Part shown: positions 18,922-29,552 of the stretch, in pieces
Numbering within the stretch: position 1 is the stretch's first letter
Layout: each line of letters starts with the position of its first letter
Assembly (NCBI GenBank): GCA_038231455.1
Contig: JBBRLI010000002.1
Location: 1-64,000 of the forward strand
DNA: 64,000 nt
Source: Vulcanimicrobiales bacterium
GTDB taxonomy: Bacteria > Vulcanimicrobiota > Vulcanimicrobiia > Vulcanimicrobiales > Vulcanimicrobiaceae
Direction of reading: 5' to 3'
Notes under the pieces: model-generated
Databases searched by the model: none
Seen by the model: the letters and a program-made list of their open reading frames with translations, nothing else
Told to the model about the DNA's origin: nothing
Program-made: the position numbers and the translations under genes

Positions 18922-20157
18922 TTGGCAATGCGCCGCTTATTCACATCGGAATCGGTGACCGAAGGCCATCCCGACAAAGTCGCGGATCAGATTTCGGATG
19001 CCGTTCTCGATGCTATTCTCAAAGACGATCCGATGGGTCGTGTAGCGGTCGAGACGTTCGCGATTACCGGTCAGGTTCACATCGCCGGTGAAGTGACGAC
19101 CTCGACGTACATCGATATCCCCAAACTCGTGCGCGCCACGGTTGCGGAAATCGGTTACGACCGCTCGGACGTTGGGTTCGACGCGCACACCTGCGGCGTC
19201 AACGTGTCGATCGACGAACAGTCGGCCGACATCGCGATGGGCGTGGATGCCTCGTACGAAACGCAGCACAAACAGCACGACGGCCAAAAGGGTGACATCT
19301 ACGATCTCACCGGCGCCGGCGATCAGGGGATGATGTTTGGCTACGCGTGCCGCGAGACAAGCTCGCTCATGCCAATGCCGATCACGCTTGCTCACGACCT
19401 CACACGTTCGCTTGCAAAGGTGCGCAAGTCGGGTCAGCTCAAGTACCTGCGTCCCGACGGCAAGTCGCAAGTTACTGTCGAGTACGAAAACGATAAACCC
19501 GTTCGTGTCGATGCGGTCGTCATTTCGACGCAGCACGATCCCGATGTCTCGCTCGAACAGATCCGCAAGGATGTAACCGAGCAAATTATCGACCAAATCA
19601 TCCCGCGCTCTTTGCGCGATGACAAGTTGCGCGTCTACGTCAACCCGACGGGCCGCTTCGTTATCGGCGGACCGATGGGTGATGCGGGCCTCACCGGCCG
19701 CAAGATCATCGCCGACACGTACGGCGGGATGGCGCGTCACGGCGGCGGAGCGTTCTCGGGCAAGGATCCGACCAAGGTCGATCGCTCGGCAGCGTATGCG
19801 GCGCGCTATGTTGCTAAGAACGTCGTTGCTGCTGGCTTAGCCGACCGCTGCGAAGTGCAGGTAGCGTATGCAATCGGCGTCGCGCATCCGGTCAGCGTCC
19901 TCGTAGAGACCTTCGGCACCGCCAAAATCGACGAAGAGAAGATCGCCGAACTCGTCAAAGCGCACTTCGACCTGCGTCCGGCCGCGATCATCGCGAATCT
20001 CGATCTCCGTCGTCCGATCTACAAACAGACCGCATCGTACGGCCACTTCGGCCGCCCCGATCTCGATCTGCCGTGGGAGAAGACGGACAAAGCCGAGGCG
20101 CTTCGCAGCGCCGCCGGTCTCAAAGGTACCGCGGAACGCGAACTCACGACCGTCTAG
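18922..20157 (+). CDS. metK: S-adenosylmethionine synthetase
   Basis: [35 protein letters not shown]; start TTG 18922 or ATG 18928. Confidence 0.98.
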   Translation: MAMRRLFTSESVTEGHPDKVADQISDAVLDAILKDDPMGRVAVETFAITGQVHIAGEVTTSTYIDIPKLVRATVAEIGYDRSDVGFDAHTCGVNVSIDEQSADIAMGVDASYETQHKQHDGQKGDIYDLTGAGDQGMMFGYACRETSSLMPMPITLAHDLTRSLAKVRKSGQLKYLRPDGKSQVTVEYENDKPVRVDAVVISTQHDPDVSLEQIRKDVTEQIIDQIIPRSLRDDKLRVYVNPTGRFVIGGPMGDAGLTGRKIIADTYGGMARHGGGAFSGKDPTKVDRSAAYAARYVAKNVVAAGLADRCEVQVAYAIGVAHPVSVLVETFGTAKIDEEKIAELVKAHFDLRPAAIIANLDLRRPIYKQTASYGHFGRPDLDLPWEKTDKAEALRSAAGLKGTAERELTTV

Positions 20158-20174
20158 GTCCGGTTCAGCCTCGC

Positions 20175-20209
20175 AAAAAAAACGGCTCGCTCGCGCGGGC
20201 CGTTTTTTT
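20175..20209. terminator. bidirectional intrinsic terminator
   Basis: A8-CGGCTCGC...GCGGGCCG-T7 between convergent genes. Confidence 0.9.
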
Positions 20210-20220
20210 GTCGAGTGCAT

Positions 20221-20742
20221 GTACGCGTCGATGATCTCGTCGAAATTCAGTTGTAATCCCGGGGGCGGTGTTCCACGTTCGATGACTGCACGTGTTTGCG
20301 GATCGATCGCGACGGCGTAGGTCGAGCCACGCGCGATAAAAATGTCGACTTTTGCGACCGTCCTCGCAAACGTGTCGGTGTCCGAGCGAACTTCAATCGC
20401 GACATCCGGACTAATCGGCCAAAACCCGGCTGCCTCACCTTCGGAGAGTGAGTCGATACGCGGTTGACTCACCCATGACGCATCGGGAGCATAGACGCGA
20501 AGACCGGGTCCGATTGCGAAGCCCGCGTTTGAATCGAAGATGTTGCCACCGACTTGCTTCTTGTAGTCGCGAAGCTGACCGAGTGCTTCGGCGCTTTTCG
20601 CGCCGCCTTTCGTGTGCGCTCGGCTCGCGACGATGGTTCCATCAGGATCGCGCTCGATCTGATAGCCCGGATTCTCGCGAGCGACGCGAGCCAAGTCGTC
20701 GTCCGAAATCAGGACGAGCGGGGTCTTGAGGTGGATCGGCAT
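20221..20742 (-). CDS. Uma2 (DUF820) family endonuclease-like protein, apparently lacking its stop codon
   Basis: ER..DG.I, FDSNAGF, PDASWV, PDVAIEVRS..D, IDP; the domain ends at FDEIIDA followed by in-frame TAC (20223-20221), and the ORF runs on to 19837. Confidence 0.8.
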
Positions 20743-20866
20743 CGGCATCACCTCGGAAGTCGCAAGGGAAGAAAATCGTTTGGGAGCGATCGAGCACATT
20801 CCTCGATCACGCGCATCGCACGTCGGACTCGGTGCCGCGAACGGTCACGCCGACGGGGACAAGGTC

Positions 20867-22644
20867 TTAGCGCGAAAAAATTCGGCTAGTGACGCTGGCT
20901 TCGCCCACGGCCGTGCGGTCTGCGCGCGGTGTCTCTGAGATCCAGTCGGTCGTGGCTATGCGATTGCGGCCGCTGAATTTCGCACGATAGAGCGCGGCGT
21001 CGGCCGTTTGCAACAGCGCCTCGATTCCGCCCTCGGCATCGGTCGGCGTGATCGCGGCGACGCCGATGCACACCGAGACGTGTCCGAGTGTCGAACCGCG
21101 GTGCTCGTAATGGAGTGCCGCGATCACGCGCGCGATCGCTTCGGCGACGGCGACGCCGCCGGCGAGTTCCGTATCGCTGAGAATTGCCGCAAATTCTTCG
21201 CCTCCGATGCGCGCGAAGAGGTCCGAGGATCGCTGGACACAGGTCGAACCCGCTCGGGCGACCGTCCGCAGGCACTCATCGCCGCCGCCGTGGCCGTAGA
21301 TATCGTTGAACGGTTTGAACATGTCGATGTCGAGCATCAGCACGCAAATCGACCCCTGCTGGCGCAGCGCGCGCTTCCATTCGTTCTCGAAGCGATCGCT
21401 AAATGCGCGACGATTCGGAATGCCGGTCAATGCATCGGTCGTTGCGAGCGTTTCCAGTCGATTTTTCGCACTGACCACGTCTTGCAGTTCGAGCGTTAAT
21501 GAAACCGAGAGCAAGAGTGATTCAAGCGTAAGTCCGATGTACGGCCCGTGCGCCAAGAGGTTCTGGATGAAGAAGTTGCCGCGACCGACGCCCAAATTTT
21601 TGAGATCGAGTCCGATCATTCCGAGCAGATACGCCGACCATGCGGCCAGAACAGCTTGGCGCGGCCATCTCCGTGACGCCACGCAACGATGCCGATCACG
21701 ATCCACAGGGGGACGTACACGAATGCAAAGCGCCAGGCGATCACGGTCGGAATCTCGACTCCGCCGAGCGCCAGCACCGCATAGCCCGCGGCGATTGCCG
21801 CAACCACAAGATTGAGGCGATCGAGGACAAGCGAGAACGTGCTCACGCGCAAGAATGCGCGCACGAAAAACGCGGCCATCGCGACGGTCACGCCATCGAG
21901 TACGACGTTGGCCGTGTTCCACGGAATGGCAAGGTGCGTCCAGAGGAGCGCCGCCCCCCCACCTGTGTCGTTTGCCCGATACAGAAACTGAGCGACGAGG
22001 TATCCGCCGTAGATCAGCAACTCGCTGCGGCGCATGATGCCGAAGAGCACGAGCGTTGTGAAGATAAGTGAGATCAGAATCCCGGCAAGGCCCGCAAACA
22101 CAACCGTGTTCTGCAAGTTGGTCCGCCAGAAAAAGTCGTTGCCGTCGATTGCGAGTGCCACTTGGGGTTCGCGCGTGATGATGCGGAGGTAGGCCGTGAC
22201 GGGCGTGCGCTGCGGCGTCGGCAAATCGAATGCGACCCAGCCTTGCACGCGAAGCGGGCGATCGATAAATCAAACGGAGTTGCCCGAGTGCTGATGCGAG
22301 AACTCGCGCGTTCCGCGTAGCAAATACGTATCGACGAGCGTCGGTTTGTAGCCGAGGAAGAGATAGTACGCATCGGGCGGCAGATCGCTTGTGTAATCGA
22401 ATCGCACCCAGTACGCTGGTGCCGGATGCCCGAAGCCGCGCTCGCCCATGGGCGTAAACGATCCGCGCGCACGGACCTCGTCTAGCGTGAGCTTTTGTGT
22501 GGTGTCTTCGAAGAATTCGAGATGCGGCGGGAGCCAGTAGATCTCGTGACCGGCTTCCAGATGCACCAAATCAGCGCGAGCGGGAACCGCAGACGTAAAA
22601 AAGACGCCGAGTATCAAACAAACCAGGGCGAAGAATCGCACCAT
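20867..22644 (-). pseudogene. 7TMR-DISM sensor diguanylate cyclase, disrupted
   Basis: Signal peptide and DISMED2-like region (YWVRF), in-frame TGA at 22272-22270, 7TM region, frameshift near 21648, then intact GGDEF (DALTGIPNRR, DIDMFK.FND.YGH, RIGGEEF). Confidence 0.85.
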
Positions 22645-22700
22645 GTTCCCTCTCGCGGATGCACTTCTTTGGATTTTCCAAGAAAGCCTCGGTGGGCGCG

Positions 22701-23036
22701 TTAGCCCCCGGCGCGCTTGACGCGCAGACCCGTTCCCTCCAGATATGCCACGACAGCATCGCGGTGGTCGCCTTGAATTTCGACAATGCCGTTTTTGGTC
22801 GTCCCGCCGCTGCCGCAACGGCGCCTGAGTTCTTTGCCGATCGCCTGGACGTCATTTGCCGCCAAACCCGTCACGATTGTTACGCTGCTCGCGCGCCGCT
22901 TTTCGCGCGCCACGCGCACCACGCCGTCGTCGGGGTGTTTTGATGGCGCTTGCGGCGGAAGCTTGCGCTTCTCGGCCTTCGGCAGGGGCGTATTGCCGTC
23001 AGTCGAGTAGACGAGCCGCTTGTTGGGATCGTTCAT
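22701..23036 (-). CDS. yciH: SUI1-family translation initiation factor (YciH-like)
   Basis: RLVYSTD, VTIVTGL, LRRRCGSGGT.K.G.VEIQGDHR. Confidence 0.9.
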   Translation of the reverse strand: MNDPNKRLVYSTDGNTPLPKAEKRKLPPQAPSKHPDDGVVRVAREKRRASSVTIVTGLAANDVQAIGKELRRRCGSGGTTKNGIVEIQGDHRDAVVAYLEGTGLRVKRAGG

Positions 23037-23057
23037 CGACGGTGCATTCGCGATCGC

Positions 23058-24266
23058 TTAGCGACGATCTTCGCGGAGAGCACGTGAAGAAACCATCCAG
23101 ATCGTGGTGATGACGTAACCGATCGACGAGATGATAAAGGCCATGCGCGCTCCGTAGGCATCGGCAATGACTCCGCCCAGAATTGAACCCGGCACAACGC
23201 CAATCAGGACGAGCATGCGGATCACGCCGAAGACGCGGCCGACCATTTCTTCCGGAACGACCCGCATACGCCAGGCGATGATGTTGGCGATCTGATAAAT
23301 ACTGAACATGCTGGCGATCGTGAAGGCGGCAATCGCAATGCGCAGATCATGCGTAAAGATTAGCGGCAGACCTGCAAAGACGCCGACGATGTTGGTAACA
23401 ATTAAGACGCGCCCAAACGATGGATGCCATTTCCCCGCGGCGATCGATCCGATCACGGAGCCGAGCGCGAAGATCCCAAATGCGATTCCAACTTGTTGAT
23501 CGGTTGCCAGAAAGTCACGTTTGAAATACGGAATGAGCGTCGTATAACCGAGCATCAAAAAGAAATTGTAGACGAGCTGGATCCAGGTGAGCATGCGCAT
23601 CGCGGGATCGCGCATGATGAAGCGCCAGCCCGCAACGATGTCACCGCCGATGACGCGCGGTGATGGCAGCCCGCTCGGCTCGTCGGGGCCGAAATCTTTC
23701 ACCGTCGCAAGCGACGCGGTCGATGCGAAGTACGTGCCCGCATTGAAGAGCAGCGCCGGCAAGGCGCCTTTGAGTGCGAAGATGGCACCGCCGACCGGCG
23801 GCGCGATGAGGTTCATTCCTTGCTCTGTTGCAACGAGCGCTGCGACGGCGGCCTTCGCGCGGTCCTTGCCGAGCAGAAATGGAATGCTCGACGCCTGTCC
23901 GCCGAGGAACATCGCCGCCATGATCGAGAGGAGCACGACGCCAAGGTAGAGCAGCGGCAGGGTGAGTTGGCGTGTGAAGAAGAGGAACGCAAACGCGAGC
24001 ATGATCGCGAGGCGCACGATGTCTGTGATGAGCATCAGACGCCGACGATCGACGCGATCGGAAAACGACCCGGCGATGAGGCTGAAGAGCGCAAACGGCA
24101 AGAACTCGAGCGCGTACGTGATGCCGAGCGACATCGCCGAACCCGTGAGTTGGAAGACGAGTAGCGGAATGGCGATCGCGCGCAGTCCATCGCCAAGATA
24201 GCTGCACGCTTGGCCGATGAAAAACGATCGAAAGCTTCCGACCCGGAAAATACTGGTAGATGCCAT
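23058..24266 (-). CDS. MFS transporter (DHA3/EntS-like)
   Basis: AGSFSDRVDRRRLM motif A; about 12 TM helices; VPEEMVGRVFG. Confidence 0.9.
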   Translation of the reverse strand: MASTSIFRVGSFRSFFIGQACSYLGDGLRAIAIPLLVFQLTGSAMSLGITYALEFLPFALFSLIAGSFSDRVDRRRLMLITDIVRLAIMLAFAFLFFTRQLTLPLLYLGVVLLSIMAAMFLGGQASSIPFLLGKDRAKAAVAALVATEQGMNLIAPPVGGAIFALKGALPALLFNAGTYFASTASLATVKDFGPDEPSGLPSPRVIGGDIVAGWRFIMRDPAMRMLTWIQLVYNFFLMLGYTTLIPYFKRDFLATDQQVGIAFGIFALGSVIGSIAAGKWHPSFGRVLIVTNIVGVFAGLPLIFTHDLRIAIAAFTIASMFSIYQIANIIAWRMRVVPEEMVGRVFGVIRMLVLIGVVPGSILGGVIADAYGARMAFIISSIGYVITTIWMVSSRALREDRR

Positions 24267-24464
24267 GGACGACGGGGCTCCCGAATGGCTGAACGAGCAG
24301 AACGCGCAAGTGGCGCGTGGGGAGTCGACGGTCGTGCTAAATCATGGTAAAGTCGCAGCTTAGCGCCGATTGCGGTCGCGACCTTCGCGCGCCTTATTGA
24401 AGGGTGGCGAGCGCGGTCGTTGAATCGTCGGAAGTCGCCATCGGGCACCGGCCCGAGGAAACGA

Positions 24465-24540
24465 TCCCGAGTAGCTCAGCTGGTAGAGCAATTGACTGTT
24501 AATCAATGGGTCCTTGGTTCGAGTCCAAGCTCGGGAGCCA
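24465..24540 (+). tRNA. tRNA-Asn (GTT)
   Basis: TCCCGAG/CTCGGGA acceptor stem, TAGCTCAGCTGGTAGAGC D-arm, ATTGA-CTGTTAA-TCAAT anticodon arm, GGTTCGAGTCC T-arm, CCA end. Confidence 0.97.
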
Positions 24541-24545
24541 AATCG

Positions 24546-24582
24546 ATAAAGGCCTAGATCATTCTAGGCCTTTATTCTTTTT
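24546..24582 (+). terminator. terminator after tRNA
   Basis: 13-bp stem ATAAAGGCCTAGA/TCTAGGCCTTTAT followed by a T-rich tail. Confidence 0.8.
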
Positions 24583-24600
24583 CGCGGGAAGAAGCGGCTC

Positions 24601-25725
24601 GTGATTGTGTTTGGAGCGCGCAGCATCGTGTTGCTGCTCGGCGTCGTTCAAGGCGTCGTTGTTGCGGGGCTCTTGCTTGCAAACGTGCGCGTGAATCGAG
24701 CTGCTAATGCGTTCCTCGCCGCGTTGCTTGTCGCGCTCTCGTTGCGTATGTTGCCCTACGTTCTCGGTTTCGCCGGCGCCTACGGCGTCTGGCCGTGGCT
24801 GAGCTTCGCGCCGTTCGACATCGCGCTCGTCTACGGCCCATTGCTTTGGGTGTTCGTCGTCGCGCTGACCACGGGTCGCACTCCGGCAACCTGGCGCGTG
24901 CACCTCATCCCGGCGCTCGTGCAGTTCGCTTACTACGCGTTGGTTTTCGTTCAGCCTCTCGCGTTCAAGAACGGTTGGGATGCACGCGTCCAAGTGCCGT
25001 TTGTCGTGCCATTCGAGACGCTGGCCGATGCCGTCTCGATGACGGCGTACTGGATTGCAACGTGGCAAACGTATCGCGCCTATCAGCGCGCTTTGGATGC
25101 CCAGATGAGCAATCGCGATGCCTTTCGGTTGATCTGGCTGCGCGACGTGCTCATCGCACTTGCCGTTGCAATCGCGGTGTTCTGGCTGCTCGCGCTTACC
25201 GGTGCCGTCCATCCGCTCTCGTATGCTCAGCGATTCCCTGGATATGTGTATCTTGCGATCGTCGTCTATGTGCTCGGCTTGCAAGGCTGGCGACACGCGG
25301 CAGTCGCGTACCCTAGCGTCGTACCGCCTGTCGAGGTCGTGCTGGCGGCGCCCGACTCGTCGGCGGCGGTCGATTTCGCGGCGGAGATCGAACGTCGTGG
25401 TCTCTGGCGCGACCCGGACATGACGCTAGCTTCGGCCGCAACTGCGCTCGGCGTCGGCACGGCGACGCTCTCTCGCGCGCTCAATGCCGGTCTCGGCCAA
25501 AACTTCAATGCCGCGATCAATCGCATGCGCGTCGTGGGCGTCCAATCAGAACTCGCGGCGGGTGCGACGGCATCGTTGCTGGACCTTGCCTTTGCGGCCG
25601 GCTTCGCTTCCAAAGCGAGCTTCAACCGTGCATTCAAGACCTACGCGGGCGTCACACCTACCGAATACCGACGCAGCGTGGGCGCGCAGCGTCTCATCAT
25701 CGCGCCGCACGACGCAATATCGTGA
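24601..25725 (+). CDS. membrane-anchored AraC-family regulator
   Basis: N-terminal multi-TM region; C-terminal LWRDPDMTL...LSRALN...NF...INRMRV, AFAAGFASKASFNRAFK..GVTPTEYR. Confidence 0.9.
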   Translation: MIVFGARSIVLLLGVVQGVVVAGLLLANVRVNRAANAFLAALLVALSLRMLPYVLGFAGAYGVWPWLSFAPFDIALVYGPLLWVFVVALTTGRTPATWRVHLIPALVQFAYYALVFVQPLAFKNGWDARVQVPFVVPFETLADAVSMTAYWIATWQTYRAYQRALDAQMSNRDAFRLIWLRDVLIALAVAIAVFWLLALTGAVHPLSYAQRFPGYVYLAIVVYVLGLQGWRHAAVAYPSVVPPVEVVLAAPDSSAAVDFAAEIERRGLWRDPDMTLASAATALGVGTATLSRALNAGLGQNFNAAINRMRVVGVQSELAAGATASLLDLAFAAGFASKASFNRAFKTYAGVTPTEYRRSVGAQRLIIAPHDAIS

Positions 25726-25766
25726 TCTGAGGCGCACGGCGCCGCGCGATCGGGTAGTCTCGGCGC

Positions 25767-27272
25767 ATGGTTATGCGTTTCATGGTCTCGACTCTCGCGC
25801 TGCTCCTCGCAGCGCTCCCCACGGCGGCCCGTCCCGATGGACCCGCATCACCGGCGCTTGCTTTAACCGCGACACAAGCCACCGCCGACGTAGCGCTCGT
25901 GCGCCGCGCCTACGAGACCGTCCATCCGGGTCTCTATCGCTATACCGACAAGCCCACGATGGATGCGGCATTCGACCGGCTCGCGGCATTTGCCACGACG
26001 GCCCCAACCAATGTCCAACTGTACGGCGAAATCGCACGGATGCTCGCCACGATGCACTGCGATCATACGAAGCCCGAGTATCCGGCGTCGATCGACGGCT
26101 ATCTTGCCACCCATGCAACGCACATGCCAGTGCGCTTTCGGTTTTTCAAGGGCCGCATGATCGTCGCATCGAGCGACCCCGACCAAGCGCGGCTCGCGCG
26201 CGGTACCGAGATTGTCGCGATCAATGGCGTGAGCGTCGCCGAGATCGTCCGCGCGCTGACGCCGTTTGTCTCCTACGACGGTGGCACGAGCGCCGTGGTG
26301 CCCGCGAAGCTCGAAGCCGATGCCGACTTGACGGGCTCCGACTTCGAGCAATTCTATCCGATCGTGTACGGCTTCCCGAGCTCGTTCGTGCTCGACGTGC
26401 GAGATCGAGCAGCTGAGAAGCTGCGCCGCGTATCGTTCGCCCCGGTCTCGTTCAAAGCGTGGACCAAGCTCGCGTGGCCCGCTATTGCCTATCATTCCGA
26501 TCTTGCAAACGGAACGTCATGGAGAATGCTGCCCGGCAAGGTTGCCTATCTGCGCGTCGACTCGTTCGTCAATTATCGCAGTCCGGTCGATGCAATGCTC
26601 TTCTATCAGTCGTATTTCAAATCGATCAATGAAAGCGGTGCAACAAAGCTGATTGTCGACCTGCGTTGGAACGGTGGGGGGTCCACGGATGCAACGATCG
26701 CCCTTGCGCGTTTTCTTTCAAACGAACGCTTTGTATGGAATGCGCCGATTCGGGTGAAGACGCTCGACTTCGGCGATCTGCCGCAGTATGCGCAAACCTG
26801 GGGCGATGCATCCGCAATCTTTCATCCCAATTCGCGCAGCTATCGCGCGCTCGCCGGCGGCGGCTACGAGATGATTCCGGGCCGCATGCGTTCGGACCAA
26901 GACGCAGAGATGCTGCCAATGGACGTGGCACCGGATCGCTTCCGAGGACCGGTCACGATCCTCACGAGTCTCCGCAACGCATCCGGTTCGACGATGGTCA
27001 TCTCGAAACTCCACGACATCGGCCGCGTGCGCCTGGTCGGCGAACCGACGGGCGGAAGCGCGACGGGCCCGACTGCCGGCTACATCTTGTTCTTGAAGCT
27101 CCCGAACAGCGGCATTACCGTGCGCGTCCCAGACATGTGGAATCGCATGGCCGTCACGCACGCAACCGAAGGCGCATCGATCGTGCCTGACGTCCCGGTC
27201 GCCGAGACGTTCGATGATTTCCTCAGCGGACGCGATGCGGCGTTGGAGGCGGCGCGGTCCGGGGCAAATTGA
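25767..27272 (+). CDS. S41 family peptidase
   Basis: Signal peptide, HPGLYRY, PDZ-like EIVAING, LIVDLRWNGGG, ASGS, LVGEPTGG. Confidence 0.9.
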   Translation: MVMRFMVSTLALLLAALPTAARPDGPASPALALTATQATADVALVRRAYETVHPGLYRYTDKPTMDAAFDRLAAFATTAPTNVQLYGEIARMLATMHCDHTKPEYPASIDGYLATHATHMPVRFRFFKGRMIVASSDPDQARLARGTEIVAINGVSVAEIVRALTPFVSYDGGTSAVVPAKLEADADLTGSDFEQFYPIVYGFPSSFVLDVRDRAAEKLRRVSFAPVSFKAWTKLAWPAIAYHSDLANGTSWRMLPGKVAYLRVDSFVNYRSPVDAMLFYQSYFKSINESGATKLIVDLRWNGGGSTDATIALARFLSNERFVWNAPIRVKTLDFGDLPQYAQTWGDASAIFHPNSRSYRALAGGGYEMIPGRMRSDQDAEMLPMDVAPDRFRGPVTILTSLRNASGSTMVISKLHDIGRVRLVGEPTGGSATGPTAGYILFLKLPNSGITVRVPDMWNRMAVTHATEGASIVPDVPVAETFDDFLSGRDAALEAARSGAN

Positions 27273-27346
27273 CCTGGGAATAGTGCTGGTCAAGAGAAGG
27301 GCATAGCGGCGTTACTTTCTTTTGAGCCGCGGGGTGAACCGGACGT

Positions 27347-27865
27347 ATGACTGAGCCGCAACCCGCGTCCATTGGGCCTTTCGAGGAGTATTTCCAAGCG
27401 CACTACGCGCGCGCGGTGACGGTTGCTACGCGTGTCCTCGGGTCACGCGGGGAAGCCGAGGATGTCGCGCGAGATGTCTTCGCCGTCCTCATGCGCGATG
27501 GGGTCGACCTGATTCCCGGCCCGCTGCTGTATGCCCGGGTCGTTCGGCGCGCTCTCAATGCGCAACGATCGACCATCCGGCGCGCGGCGCGCGAGTTGCG
27601 CCACACCGTGTTGCGCCGGCCGCTCCTCTACGACCGCGACGAACCGGCCGTAAGTCTCGAGACGCGGGAGCAGCGAGCGTCGCTTGCAAGCGCGCTTCGC
27701 CGACTCAATCGGCGCGACGCCGCCGCCCTCGTCCTCCGCTATAGCGCCGATTGCACGTATCGCGACATTGGCGACGCCCTCGGGATTCCGCTTGCGCACG
27801 TTGGCATGATCCTGGCCCGCGCGGAACGCGCTCTTTTTAAGGAAATCCACCATGACAACTTCTGA
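27347..27865 (+). CDS. ECF sigma factor
   Basis: AEDVARDVF region 2; LVLRY...TYRDIGDALGIP..VG.ILARA region 4. Confidence 0.85.
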   Translation: MTEPQPASIGPFEEYFQAHYARAVTVATRVLGSRGEAEDVARDVFAVLMRDGVDLIPGPLLYARVVRRALNAQRSTIRRAARELRHTVLRRPLLYDRDEPAVSLETREQRASLASALRRLNRRDAAALVLRYSADCTYRDIGDALGIPLAHVGMILARAERALFKEIHHDNF

Positions 27866-28799
27866 TCGAGATTTTGCGGCCCGCATTCTCGGCGGATCAG
27901 AGACGCCCGATGTCGATGCGGCACTTGCTCGGGTCACCGTGCGTCTTGCAAAGACGCCGCGACGCACGGTGTCGCCTGCGTTCCGCATCCTCGCAATTGC
28001 AGCGATGCTCGCGCTTGCCATCGCGCTTGCCGGTCCAGCCGCGGCGGTCGTTCGCAATGTCATTAACGCAGTCGCTTTTAGCGGCGCGCGGATCACGACC
28101 CAACCCGAGTCAATGGGCGGCGTCCTTCGCTCATTTGCCGTATACAAACGCTTCAATTTCGAGTTCAAATCGCCGCCGCAACGATGTATTTCGAGCGGAG
28201 TTGAAGCGCGCCGCCTTACGGGGCTTCGTTTACCCGTCGTGGCATACGTGCCGTCGGGCTTGCGCGCCGACCGTTGTGCGTATGAAGGCGTGTTAGGCGG
28301 GACGCAGACGTGGGTGTTCGATCCGCTCGTCGCCAGATCGCATGGCCTGACTCTCCCGGAGGATCTTGCGAAGGCGAGTATCGTATTCGTCAACGGGCGC
28401 GGGCTTCTGCAGGCCTATGTTGATACAAAGGATCCGAATCATCGATTTGTGCTTGAAACAGTGCCCGAGCGAACGTTCAGTGTGCATGGCGCATCGCTTG
28501 AACGACTGGTCGCGTGGTATATTCACGAATCAAACACAACGCCCGGGCAGCGGCGAACGATTTCCGATCTCCTCACGCCGCATCCGTCGATCGCGGTGTA
28601 TCCCGAAAATCGCGGAATATGGCAAGGAGGCCACATCGCAGAGGTCAGCGTCAACGGATCGGCCGCAATCGCATTCACCGGTCCGCGTATGGCTGCGCTT
28701 ACGTGGTACGCACCAGGACGTTCCTACTTGTTGTACGGCCCGTCTGGCTCGCTCGAGCAACTGCATGCAATGGCCGAAAGCGTCACGACGCCGTATTGA
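27852..28799 (+). CDS. putative anti-sigma membrane protein
   Basis: Overlaps the sigma gene; single TM then extracytoplasmic domain (P..VPSG, V.VNG..A, LTW). Confidence 0.6.
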   Translation: MTTSDRDFAARILGGSETPDVDAALARVTVRLAKTPRRTVSPAFRILAIAAMLALAIALAGPAAAVVRNVINAVAFSGARITTQPESMGGVLRSFAVYKRFNFEFKSPPQRCISSGVEARRLTGLRLPVVAYVPSGLRADRCAYEGVLGGTQTWVFDPLVARSHGLTLPEDLAKASIVFVNGRGLLQAYVDTKDPNHRFVLETVPERTFSVHGASLERLVAWYIHESNTTPGQRRTISDLLTPHPSIAVYPENRGIWQGGHIAEVSVNGSAAIAFTGPRMAALTWYAPGRSYLLYGPSGSLEQLHAMAESVTTPY

Positions 28800-28871
28800 T
28801 TCTCGAATCACGACAGGGCACCGAAGCGTTAATGTGGCGAAGCCAGCACGCAGCGCGACGTCTTTAGGACA

Positions 28872-29273
28872 CTAAATCGCGACGATTTCGAGAAGACCGT
28901 CGAGGTCTGCGAAGTCGTCGGGGTTGCGCGTGTAAAGCGGCAGGTTCGATGCGATAGCGGTCGCAGCGATCAGATGATCGGCAAGTCTACTGCGTGAGCG
29001 TCTGCCGGCGGCAAGCGTCGCTGCATAGACGCGGCCGTAAGCGCGCGCCGCATCGCGATCGATCGGAATCGTACGAATGTTTGCCTCCGTGCGTTGGAGT
29101 CGGTCCTGGCGAACGGCGCGAGTTGCGAGATCATCTGTCGCAAGTGGTCCGGCGGCAAGTTCGGCGAGCGTCATTGTAGATATCGCGAATTCGTCGGGAA
29201 GCTCTGAGGCGTCGAGCACGTCGAGGTCGATTATTACGGATGTGTCCAGCAGAGCGCGGGCATGTTTAGGCAC
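28872..29273 (-). CDS. vapC: VapC-family PIN toxin
   Basis: LLDTSVII, STMTLAEL, D.LIAATA....LYTRNPDDF. Confidence 0.93.
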   Translation of the reverse strand: MPKHARALLDTSVIIDLDVLDASELPDEFAISTMTLAELAAGPLATDDLATRAVRQDRLQRTEANIRTIPIDRDAARAYGRVYAATLAAGRRSRSRLADHLIAATAIASNLPLYTRNPDDFADLDGLLEIVAI

Positions 29274-29526
29274 GTGGTACGGCGTCTTGATCGACGTATC
29301 TGTCGACGTCGGAGCGGAAGCTGGCGTAGTCCACTCTGGGGGCGCTACGGAATGCTTCGAGAACGGCTGCCTTTTTACTGAACGTCTGCTCGCTTAGGGG
29401 CGTTAGCACAGCTACCGGGACGCCATTCCGCGTCACGACAAACGAGTCACCCGCATCGAGTGCGCGCATGACCTTGCCGCTATCGTTGCGCAGCTCACGT
29501 TGGGTAATTTCGCGAGGCAAACTCAT
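29266..29526 (-). CDS. Phd/YefM-family antitoxin
   Basis: ITQRELRNDSG.VMR...G..FVVTRNGVPVA.L.P; overlaps the toxin start. Confidence 0.92.
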   Translation of the reverse strand: MSLPREITQRELRNDSGKVMRALDAGDSFVVTRNGVPVAVLTPLSEQTFSKKAAVLEAFRSAPRVDYASFRSDVDRYVDQDAVPRA

Positions 29527-29532
29527 GTTTCT

Positions 29533-29552
29533 ATTGTAGCACGTCGTGCTAC
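29533..29552 (-). promoter_or_regulatory. TA operator palindrome overlapping an extended -10
   Basis: GTAGCACG-t-CGTGCTAC (29536-29552); minus strand TGcTACAAT ends 6 nt before the ATG. Confidence 0.75.

Noticed and set aside
22270-22272. Selenocysteine or other recoding at the in-frame TGA
   Set aside because: The position is not Cys-like, the same gene also has a frameshift, and TGA is a normal stop throughout the window
24365-24425. Long imperfect hairpin upstream of tRNA-Asn as an ncRNA
   Set aside because: No recognised family; compatible with an ordinary GC-rich tRNA leader
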